Position numbers and translations under genes: made by a program
Source: Lama guanicoe
Lineage: Eukaryota
Direction of reading: 5' to 3'
Assembly (NCBI GenBank): GCA_013239625.1
Contig: MU054187.1
Span: forward strand, 3,669,757-3,733,756
Length of the DNA stretch: 64,000 nucleotides
In this document: positions 12,401 to 24,136 of the stretch, piece after piece
Position numbering within the stretch: the stretch's first letter is position 1
Layout: each line of letters starts with the position of its first letter
The notes under the pieces: model-generated
Databases searched by the model: none
What the model was told of the DNA's origin: nothing
What the model saw: only the letters and a program-made list of their open reading frames with translations

Positions 12401-15400
12401 CCACCACAGGCTGCCCTCCAGTCTGCCCCTGAGGACAGGCACCCCTTCCAGACATTTCTTCTGTGCCTGGTTCCAGAGAGAGAGGGGTGCTCAGGACTGG
12501 ATGCGCACCAGCCAGGATAGTGCCCCAGGGAAGAGGTGACAACCGGCAGTCTTGGGAGAGGGGTGTCTTGAATCCCAAGGAGCTGCACTGGCAGGGGTGC
12601 CTGCCTGGGGAGGGATGACTTCACTGCACCCAGGTCCTTGAGCCACATGCGGAGGTCAACCCGGAGGAAGATGAGGCTGGAGGGAACAGCCAGCCTGTGA
12701 AGGGCGACCATGCCTGCTCAGGAGTTCCTGCCGCCCTCACCTGGCTCCTGTGCCTGGCTGGGCTCCTTCTCCGACAGGGTCTCTGTCTGGAAGAATCTCC
12801 TCGCCCCCAGGTTGCTCCTTCCCAGCATGAGGGCCGCACACAGAAGTCCCTTGACCAGAAGGCCTTTCCCATCCCTGTCTGTCAGGGCCCTCTCCGCAGG
12901 CCCCTTCATCCGTGTGCTGCTCCTCATGTCCTCGTCCTCCCAGCCACCTGCCGCGGGTGACAAAGCTGTGTACTGTCTCCTTCCTCCCACCTGGCCCGAG
13001 CCTGGCGCGCCACCCGGCCTGCGGCGGGCCCTCTGGCAGTGCCGACTGAACAGGGGGCGGAGGAGAGGCGTCCAGTCGGCAGACGTGGTGATGCCCACCT
13101 GGACGTCCCGGGAAGGGGGAGGCCCAGGCTGTGCTCCCCACACTGCTGGGCGAGGGCGGATGCCCGTGCTGAGCAGCAGACCCCAAGGGAGGAGAGGGGG
13201 CCACCGAAATGTCAGGGGGACGGGGGCAGCACCCAAACTGCCGGAGAAACAGGAGGAGAGGGAGCACACGAAAGCGGCACATCTGCAGAAACGCCGAGGG
13301 GGGCAAAAAGGAGAAGATGCTACTAGATTTGGTACCTGGGGGTTCCTAACGGGTGTGTCCTTCAAACAGCCTCACAGAAGTGGTGGGCGAGACGGCCCAA
13401 CGGGGAAAGGAGGTGAAGGCAACAGAGAGGGCGGGGACCACTCTTCCAGGGGGTCTAACAGCGACGGATGGCCGAACGGCACAGGAAGGGAGGAGAAGGC
13501 AAAGGGCTCCTGTGACACTTGTCTCTGCCAGGGAAGGAGGCCTGGGAGCACTGAGCAGGGGACACACGAGGATGGGCGGCTGGGGGCTGGAGCAGCCCTG
13601 ACACAGACTCTTGAGTACATGATAACAAAACGGGGATTCTGAGCTGCAGTTGGAATTTTGCAGTAATTGAGATGATACCACACGCTGCAGTAAATTCTTT
13701 CACTTCCCCTAAAGGTAAGATCATCAGTGATATTTCTATTTGGGAAACTTAACATCCAAAATTAACCCAACCAAACAATATTTTCAATTATCATGATATA
13801 GAATTACATTACTTATTGAACAGAAACTATTCAAAAATTCAAAAAGAGATGCTCATTATTCTGAAATCAGATGGCTTTGCTATAAATGTGTTTTAAAGCA
13901 AAAATCAGTAAAAGTGCACCTATTTAAGATCATTAAAAAAACAAAGTTTAGGTTTATATCTTTAAAAAAACTCCTTTAACTTAGTAAATTTTTAAAATTT
14001 TCCCCAATTCATTATGGACAGCTTTTAAAAATAAGTAGATAAACAGCACTTTCTAACTCAGTGCCAACCTTACGACTGAAAATTTTATTTTTACAACAAA
14101 TAGATGTTTAAAGTAAATATTTTAACTTCAATATGGATGTAATTTAGGTTTATACTAGTGAATTAATGCATAATAATTAGCTTCTACGGCCTGTCCAAGT
14201 CTATAGATTTACTCATAAAAAGGAACAGAATTCCAGTTTCTGGACTCATTATTGCCCCCTGCACATGTATTATGCTTGCACTTCCTATGTTAAAGCTTGC
14301 TGTAAATATTAAATGAGATAATACAGGTGAAAACAAACACTGCTATCCAGCCAATGTGTCTCACGGTTGATGCCTAGTATTAATACTCAAAATACTTTGG
14401 GTGATATAATTTAAAAGTCATGTTGGCTAATGATTCCGGAGATAATTTAACCAATCAAGTTTAGTTTCTTTTTCTTTTTAAACAGAAACAGTCTCTTTTG
14501 TGCTCATTTTGGTTTTGCTTTTACTAGGAAGAACTTTAAACTAAAACTTGGCTAAAATGGAATCTTAAACTATTTCTCATCTTTAAAGGATCAAAACCTC
14601 TGCTTTTGCATTTGATTAATGTCAAGCTGTATTTAAGTTACTAGTCCAGTTCCAACTTATTTTAGTGAAGTGACCGATGAAACAGATAAGGTATTTGTCT
14701 TTAAAAAAAATTCCCAAATTTCATCTTTGGCGGTTGAATGCCATACTTCTGAACTATGAAACCCTTAAAAAACCTAGATTCAGCGCAGCATTAAACACGT
14801 AGCAGAGTACACTAAAGTATCTCTTAAATTTACTGTAATACGTATGCTTACTTTCCAGAAGTAGTTTTGGACGTTATCACTTGATAAAAAAGCACAGAAA
14901 GTCAGTGCGTACAGTACAGAGGCACAGCCATACACAGGGTGGCAGCACTGAGAACAAAACACATGCAAACAGCAGAATGCTGGAGTGGCCAGTGCAGGCA
15001 GACAAGTGTGCCTGAAATCTGATTGAGAAAACACTTCTTAGACACACGGGCATTATGGTTTTAATTAAGAAATTCCTTTTAATTCTGGCAGAGGTATCAT
15101 GTATTTTAGAAAAGCCCTTATGAGTCAGCCTCTGAATGTGATCAATTGCACTTCTCTCAAAACAAATTGCTTTCTCTTCCTCTTCCTGCACTGGTTGATA
15201 AAAGGTGAACTGGGCATGATCTAAGCACCACATCAGACCCAATGTTTAAGTAGGACAACTGTATCCCTAGTATATATTTTTGTTTTGTTCCTATTTCCCA
15301 TTTAGTTAAACTAAACCTAAACCAAAACCAGTTTATCCATTTCTCCCATCCCTCACTCTTTGCCTCTGGCAACCACCAATCTATGTATCTATAAGCTTGG

Positions 15401-16726
15401 GGTTTTTAGAAACTCATTCATTCATTCATTAATAGATTTCACATATAAGAGAGATCATATGGTATATGTCTTTCTCTGTTTGACTTATTTCACTTAGATA
15501 ATACCCTTGAGGTCCCCATTGTCACAAATGGTGAGATTTAATTCTTTTTTATGGTTGAATAATATTCCACTACATATCTGCCACATCTTCTTTATCCATT
15601 CATCCACTGATGGACACTTAAGTTGTTTCGTTATCTTGGCTATTGTAAATAATACTGCAGTGAACAGGGGGTACATACCTATTTTGAGTGACTGTTTTCA
15701 TTTTCTTTGGATAAATACCCAGAAGTAGAATTGCTGGGTCATATGGTATTTCTATTTTTAATTTTTTCAGGAACTTCCATCCAGTTTTCCATAGTGACTG
15801 CACCAGTTTACACCACCAACAGTGCACAGCGGTTCCCTTTTTTCCATATCCTCACCAACGCTTGTTATTTCTAGTCTTTTTGATAACAGCCATTTTAACA
15901 GCTGTGAGGTAACATTCCACTGTGGTTTTGATCTGCATTTCTGTGATGATTAATGATGTAGAGCATCTTTCATGAACCTGTTGGCCGTCTGTATGTCTTC
16001 CTTGGAAAAATGTCTATTCAGATCTTCTGCCCATTTTTAATCAATTTTTTTTGTGATTGAGTTCTATGAGTCCTTTACATATTCTGAACATTATCCCCTT
16101 ATCAGACACGCGGTTTGCAAATATTTCCTTCCATTCAGTAGGCTGGTTCTTAATTCTGTTGACGGTTTCCTTGCTGTGCAGAAGCTTTTTTGATGTAATG
16201 CCACTTGTTGATTTTTGCTTTTATTGTTTTTGCTTTTGGTGTCAGATTCAAAAAATCATTGTCGAGATCTGTGTCAAGGAGCTTATTGCCTGTTTTCTCC
16301 TAGGAGTTTTATGACTTCTGGTCTTATGTTCAAGTCTTTAATCCATGTTGAGTTAATTTTAATGTACAGTGCAAGACAGTGGTCTGGTTTCATTCTTTTG
16401 TATGCGGCTGTCCAATTTTCCCAACACAATTTTTGGAAGAGACTGTGCTTTCCCCACTGCATATTCATAGCTCCTTTGTCATGTATTAATTGACCATATA
16501 CGGGTGGGTTTATTTCTGGGCTCTCTATTCTGTTCCATTGATCTATGTGTCTGTTTTTATGCCAGTACCTTATAGTTTTATTGCTATTTTTGTATAGTTT
16601 GAAATCAGGAAGCGTGAGGCTTGGTTCTTCTTTCTCAAGATTGCTTTGGTATTACGGGTCTTTTACTGTTTCATATACATTTTAAGATTGTTTTTTCTAT
16701 TTCTCTGAGAAATGTCACTGAAATTT

Positions 16727-16995
16727 TTTTTAATTGAAGCATAGTCAGTTTATAATGTGTCAATTTCTGGTGTACAGCATAATAGTTCAGTCATACATAT
16801 ACATACATATATTCCTTTTCATTATAGGTTACTATAAGATACTAAATACAGTTCCCTGTACTATACAGTATAAACTTGTTGTTTATCTTATCTTACATAT
16901 AGTAGTTAGTATCTGCAAATCTCAAACTCCCAATTTATCCCTTCCCACCCCCTTCTCCCCCAGTAACCGTAAGTTTGTTTTCCATATCTGTGAGC
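16727..16995 (-). mobile_element. Younger L1 3' end nested in the larger L1
   Basis: T-run followed by 'aattgaagcatagtcagtttataatgtgtcaatttctggtgtacagc...'; TSD cactg[a/g]aattt at 16716-16726 and 16996-17006. Confidence 0.8.
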
Positions 16996-18024
16996 CACTG
17001 GAATTTGATAGGGATTGCAATGAATCTGTAGATTGCTTTTGGTAATATGGACATTTTAACAATATTAATTTCTCTAATTCACAGCATAGAATATGTTTCT
17101 ATTTGTGCTTTCTTCAATTTCCTTCACCAATGTCTTATTGTTTTCAGTATACGGTTTTTTCACCTCCTTAGTTAAATTTATTCCTAGGGGTTTTTTTTAT
17201 GCAACTGTAAGTGGAATAGTTTTCTTAATTTTTCTGACAGTTCACTATCAGTGTACAGAAATGCAACAGATTTTTGTGTACTGATTTTGTATCCTGAAAC
17301 CTTACTGAATGCATTTATTAGTTCTAACAGTTTTTGGGGAGGAGTCTTTAGGATTTTCTATGTAAGACATCATGTCATCTGCAAGTAGTGAAAATTTTAT
17401 TTCTTCCTTTCTAATTTGGATGCCTTTAACTTTTTTGTCACCTAACTGTTCTGGCTAGGACTTCCAATACTACATTGAATAAAAGTGGTGAGAGTGGGCA
17501 TCTGTGTTTTTTCCTGATCTGAGAGAAAAAGGTTTCTACCACTGAGTATGCTAACTCTGGGCTTGTCATACATGGCCTTTATCATGTTCAGGTACATTCC
17601 CTCTGTACCTGATTTGTTGAAAGGTTGTTGTTGTTGTTGTTGTTTTTAACCATAAATAGACAATGAATTTTGTCAAATGCCTTCTCGGCATCTATTGAGA
17701 TAATCATATAATTTCACCCTTCATTTTGTTAACGTGATATATCATAGTGACCAACTTGCAGATGTTCAACCATCCTTGCATCCCTGGAATAAATCACAGC
17801 TAATCATGGTGTATGCTCTGTTCACTGTACTACTGAATTCAGTTTGCTAATATTTTGTCGAAAATTTTTGCTTATGTTCATCAAAGATCTTGGTCTATAA
17901 TTTTCCTTATTTGTGGCATGCTTGTCCAGTTTTGGTATCAGGGCAATAGTTATTCTTGTAAATGATTTTGAAAGGGTTCCTCCTTCTTCTATTTTTCAGA
18001 AGAGTTTGACAAGGACTGTAACTG

Positions 18025-18506
18025 CAGGCATATCTTGGAGGTGTTGCAGGGTCAGTTCCAGACCACTGCAATGTAGCCGATATTGCAAAAAGCCAGTCAC
18101 ATGAATTTTTGTTGTTGTGTTCCCAGTGCATAAAGAAGTTACATTTACACTGTACTGCAGTCTTTTAAGTGTGCAATAGAATTATGTCTGAAAAAAACAA
18201 TGTAATTAAAAATATTTTATTGCTAAACAATACTAATCATCATCTGTGCCTTCAGGGAGTCATAATCCTTTTGCAATAGTAATATCAAAGATTACACTGA
18301 TGACAGATCACCATAACAGATATAACAACAATGAAAAGTTTAAAATATTGTGAGAATTACCAAAATATGACACAGAAGTAAGCAAAAGCTATTGGAAAAA
18401 TGGTGCTGGTATACTTGCTCGACACAGGGTTGCTATGAACCTTCAATTTGTGAAAAACACAAATGTAATAAATATCTGCAAAACACAATAAAATGAGGCA
18501 TGACTG
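18025..18506 (-). mobile_element. Tigger1-derived non-autonomous DNA transposon (Tigger1a-like) nested in L1
   Basis: Ends caggcatatcttggag... and ...aataaaatgaggcatgactg resemble Tigger1 TIRs (CAGGCATACCTC). TA follows the right end (TG at the left). The host L1 sequence resumes on both sides. Confidence 0.8.
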
Positions 18507-21500
18507 TAATTCTTCTTTGAATGTATGGCAGAATTCACCAGTGAAGCCATCTGGTTGACTGTGGACTTCTGATTCTTGGGAGGTTTTCGATTACTGATTC
18601 AATTGTCTTACCAATAATCCATCTGCTCAGATTTTCTATTTCATCATAATTCAGTCTTGGTAGATTGTATGTTTCTAGGAATTTGTCCATTTCTAGGTTG
18701 TCCAATTTGTTAGTGTAGAACTGTTCACAGTAGTTTCTTATGATCATTTGTATTTCTGTGGTATTTGTTGTACCAGCTCTTTCACTTCTTAATTTTATTT
18801 ATTTGAGTCCTCTTTTTTGTTTTTGTTTTTTGGTGATTCTGGCTAAAGGTTGTGAATTTCATTCCTTTCCAAAGAAACAGCTCTTAACTTCATTGATCTT
18901 TTCTATTATCTTTTTTGGTCTCTCATTTTTTATCTAATCTTCGATATTTCCTTCCTTCTACTAACTTTTGGCTTCATTTGTTCTTATTTTTCTAGCTCCC
19001 CAAGTTCTTTTCCTACTTCCTAAAGTATCCCTAAAAGGTTGTTTATTTAACGAGAAGCTATAATATCTGTAAATATTTACATACCCAGCATAGGAGCATC
19101 TAAATATATAAAGAAACTATTAACAGACCTAAAGGGAGAGATACACAGCAATACAATAATAGAAGGGAATTTAAATACCTCACTTACATAAAGGGACAGA
19201 TCAACCAGACAGAAAATCAATAAGGAAATATTGGCATCATATGACACATCAGACCAGACAGACCTAACAGACATTTAGAGAACATTCCATCCAAAAGCAA
19301 CAGAATACACATTCTTCTCAAGTGCATATGGAAAACTTTTCAAGACAGATCATATGTTAGGCCACAAAACAAGTCCCAATAAATTTAAGAGGACTGAAAT
19401 AATACCAAGCATCTTTTCTGACAATAGTAGTACGAAACCAGAAGGTAATTACATAAAGAAAAATGGAAAATTCACAACTATGTGGAAATTAAACAAGATG
19501 ATACTGAACAACCAATAGATCAAAAAAGAAATCAGAAGAAATTAAAAAAAAAAACCTGAGACAAATCAAAATGGAAATGGAACACACCAAAATTGATGGG
19601 ATGCAGCAAAAGCAGTCCAAAGAGGGAAGTTCATAGTGATAAATGCCTAACTCTAGAAAGAAGAAAAGTTTCTAGTATATATTTTAAAAAGATAACCTGA
19701 GCTATGATTAAGAGTCCTTCAAGATAGGAGCTTCTCCTAAGAACAACATGATCTTGGGAACAGGAATTCTCTTATTAAATAAAAGCAGTTAGAGTTCTAA
19801 AATAACTATCTTAATTATGCTATAATGTCCAGAAAGAAAAGGTTTTAAGGAAAACCCTGTTATTCCACTTAAAAAAAACCTAAAGTATCTTTAAGAGTAT
19901 TAAATGCTTAATGATTAAAAATTTTGACTACAATAGATAGTCAACTGATGTGGATAAAAACAATACTAACCCATTCACCACCACTTTTATTTGAAAAATA
20001 ACTACAATGATTGAATATATTATGGTTTTTGAAGTAATTTTGCCCATGTATTTGAAAAATATATTTTAATTAACTGTTAAGGGATACATGTTTAGGAACT
20101 TCTACAAACTGCCAAACTTTTATATTTGTTCACTTTTATTTACAAACTTCTAGGCACAGAAAAATAGATTCAGGTACAAAAGCAATTTTCAATGAAAATT
20201 CTCTATATTTCAGCAGTACATCAAGTTATCCAGTTAAGTATTTAAAACCTCATTCTGTGTCTAATTAAAACTATTACTAGATAATTTACTTTCATTTTGA
20301 GTAAACAATTATGACAATATATTTTACTTATAATATCTTTTAAAATGTGATGTGCACCAAATTATTACTAAGGAATATCTGTCTTACACCTTTTCCTTGT
20401 AAGGAAGCTAAAGAAAACTACATTAAAAGCTAAACCTGGTACAGGCACCTTTACACAGGGCATAGTTAAATCAGTGATTTGTTTGCATGACAGTAGCTCT
20501 GAGGATGCTCAAATTTTATGAAGCAGAAACAAAAAAAAGCATAAAGTATTATAAACTGCTGTTAGAGGTGTGCCTTATACTCACAGGCACTTTCTTTGAA
20601 ACATTTTAAACTATTCCAAATAAGAACTGCTAGGGCTGCTTCCACCACTCTTGGTATAATTAACATACCTATATAATTAGAATTATACATCTAATTCTAT
20701 TTTAGTGCTGAAACACTGTACCTTTGAATAGTAATTTTCAAGTAAAATTCCATTAATATTAGAAGAGAAACATAATTGAAATGGAAATTTTACCCAATTA
20801 AATCACTTCAGACAATAACAAATTAGAAAAAACATATGAAAAACATTTCTCAGTTTTATTTAGAAAACAGTTTTAGAAATACAAGGAAAGTAAATTCATG
20901 TTTGAGCTGTAGCTTATAGTCAGATATGATGGTCATATTAATATTCATTTTTAAGGTTATAATAGATCTTATCCAAATATATAAAGTGACAACTCTCCCA
21001 TAAACCGCAAATTTAGAACAAATTTAGTTTTAAAGTCATGGAGCTAATTTCCCTCCTTTGGAATGGAACAGTTAAAGAGATTATACTCAGGAAATGCACA
21101 AAGTAGCTTGAAAAAGGTAATGTACTCTTATATAAAACTGTATTTTCATTTCATTGCCTGAAGTTGATAAAATAAAACCTATTATTATAAGTCTTTTAGA
21201 TGACAAGTGATGAAAAGTGATGCAGACTCTATGTAATTCCAGCATTAAGACAATACAAGAAAACAAAATCAAGTTACTGAGAAAGTCCAGTAGACTAAAA
21301 TCCAACTGGTGCTATTTTGAACCTGCACATCTGAACCACCTCAAGCTTCCAGATTCAATTTCTCAAAATTCTAGTCAAGAACAGTTCAATCAGCTTTTTA
21401 CTAAAGTATCTTCAAGTGAAAAAATTGATTGAATTCTTTCTAATTTTGCCTATTAGCCAAAGGGACTAAGTTCCTCATTCTCTAACTGATTTCCAGTTTA

Positions 21501-24098
21501 ACAGTCACCAGAAATGTAACTCAAAATTAAAGGCTCTAATGTCTAACCATAGATTTAAAAGATACATATATTTTTTAAAAAGTCAAATGGCAGCCCTTTA
21601 GTTGTAGCATTTAACCTGAGTATGAACATTCCCATATTTAGAAGCTAAAAGAGAGGATAGCATAAATAATCAACAAAACACATGCAATTCTAATACTGGT
21701 TTGAGACAATAATTCAGATATTTAATATCTGAAAGCCTAAAATGAGTTTCTCACTCTCAAAAAAAGGCAGAGCTCCAGACTCTGCAATGCAGATCACCAC
21801 ACTCTGTGAAGAGCCTTGAAGGAAAGCTGTATGCTCTACCCTCAAAATACTGTCTAATAGTAAAGGAAAATTCCACTCCCGAACTTAAGGCTGTAATAGG
21901 TCCAGATTCTCCTTCAGAAAATCAATTGCTAACTAATAAATGGGAAAGAAAATTCTTTGTCAGCATACACCTAAAAACATCTCAGAAACTAAGAACTCTG
22001 TGAATGTTCTTATCTTTACTTGTGAAAAGCTTTTTAAATGTTATGAAGCCTGTAAGAAATGATTTAAATTGCCCTTAAAAAGTTCACAAAGTACATTGTT
22101 CTGAGACTAAGGTTTTACAATTTATTTCATTAACCTAATGGAAAGTTTTAAACTTTCAGATGAAGAATGAAGAAAATAATTTTCAGTAGTTTCTGAGATT
22201 TTTCAGAACACTTCACTAAGGTACACATTTAAAATAATCTTTAACCTTTTAAAAAAATAACAAAAAATCATTTTTCCTTATTTAAAAATAAAGAATTCCA
22301 AATAACCACTAAAATTATTCTTAGAATTTAATTTAGTTTAATACAGGTCTAAAGATATGGAGGAAAAATTGAGGGGAATCTATTTTTAAAAGGTTATCAT
22401 AGAGCCAGCAATTTGCATTAAAAAACAGTCTCTTATAGATTCCTTCAACTATCACTCTCATTTTGGGGGGATAAATTTATTATTATTTACTATGTAGTTA
22501 GTTATTCTTTATTCATGTAAGTCAAATTTTAAATTTACCATGATTATTATTTAATCGGATATTCTCATCTACCTAGTTCTTTCCCACCAATTTTGGACAT
22601 TTTAGTCCATACTTAATATTCTTGTTACACATTCTAATTATTTAAAATTCTTTTTTAAAAAAGGCATCCAAAAAGAACATTTTTGCTTTCTAACATAATA
22701 ATATTTCTAGGTTTTCTATGTTTTTAGATTAGGAAAATTTTTCACTTAAAAAAAATGCAAGGAAACATCTCAAGCAAATTGCTTCTCCTATTAACCAAGG
22801 ACATAATTGCCTAAATTCATTCATTCTTCTCAGGCACACCCATTGCTTAGGTCGTCATCTCAAATTCCCCACACACACTGTGGTTACTTTTAATACCCTG
22901 ATCCTGCAGTAACTCTGTTTACAAGACATCCAGGGACTTTTAAATACTAACAATTTTAATGCAGTATCACACCACTTCACTTTTTAAAAATGAGATGTTT
23001 TTTCTGTTCCATAACAATGGGATTTTGTTTTCTAAGCATTAAAAAAAAAAAAAGAGCAAAAATCTTAACACCTTAACAACAACACACACCAATACATACA
23101 CAGAATCAGAACAGAGAGATACCAAAGCACCCTTGGTAGTTCCTTAGCACCATACCCTTGTCAATACCACCCTGGAGGGAGGAGGCAGGGACAGGTGGAC
23201 ACACAGTAGAATGCAAACCACTGGGCAGCAGGCCAAGAGATTTAAAAGTAAAAACCAAATTATGCCCCTGCAATAATGTCTACTAGGCTTTCAGACATGT
23301 ATATTCCTCACAACTTCAAATGTTAATAACTACACACCAATGCTTTTGTAAAACATTATGGTCTAAAAATTTGCATTTCATTTCTCAAGTTAAATTTAAA
23401 AATTAAATTTGCTAATGAGACATAAAAGCTGCCCTGTTGTAAATGAAAAGGAGTAACACAGTAGATGTCAGGTTCAGGCTTTTTTTAAAAAAAAAAACAA
23501 ACAACAGGTACTGAAATGCATACAAAAGTAAAAATTAGTTGCCTCCAAAGTGGTCCTACTGTAAAATGGAAAAGAATTCCCTTGCATGAATTCTAGAATC
23601 ATAGCTAACTTTACAGTTCATCAATCTGATATACCCTGCCCTCACATTTAACTTATTTGTTAATACTTTTCCAAAGCTACCTAAACACTTACTAATTGGT
23701 TAAACATGCTGCCTACATTAATTCTTGTTAAAATTAAAGAAATTAAAGGTCTATTTTTGCTCCTTTGCAGTGACTGATATATTTTCAAAGTATCTGATGT
23801 TCTAGATAAGGTGTTTATCAGGTTCTTAAAACATTTAAAAAATTACTCAAGGGACAATTTATAGTTTTACCTTTAACATATTCACTATATTGGATTTTGC
23901 TGAACAGATTCAGTTGTTCTTTCCTTCTTCTGAAACTCTTCCCTTACTCAAATAACTACAGGACCTAAGATGTTATCAATATAAAGAGGAAAAATGTGTA
24001 TTTATTTCCTATACACTTGGAAACACATCAAAAAGAACAAATATTCCAGGCAGTGGAAGTAAAGCTATTCAGTAAAATTTTTTGTTTTTTCTTGGGGG

Positions 24099-24136
24099 GT
24101 GTGTGTGTGTGTGTGTGTGTACATGTATGTGTGTGT
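24099..24136. repeat. (TG)n microsatellite
   Basis: gtgtgtgtgtgtgtgtgtgtgt followed by acatgtatgtgtgtgt. Confidence 0.9.

Larger units (their letters stand above)
15267..19685 (-). mobile_element. 5'-truncated, 5'-inverted L1 with 14-bp TSD
   Basis: Minus-strand 3' UTR and ORF2 at ~15330-19048; plus-strand endonuclease-region segment at ~19055-19671. TSD ctagtatatatttt at 15267-15280 and 19672-19685. Many stops and frameshifts. Confidence 0.9.

Noticed and set aside
11651..13642. Long overlapping ORFs (289, 310, 215 and 217 aa) on both strands
   Set aside because: Pro/Gly/Arg/Ser-rich translations with no recognisable domain; expected from stop-codon scarcity in GC-rich, low-complexity DNA.
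15494..19274. Short ORFs with L1 ORF2 similarity
   Set aside because: Fragments of a dead L1, not host genes.
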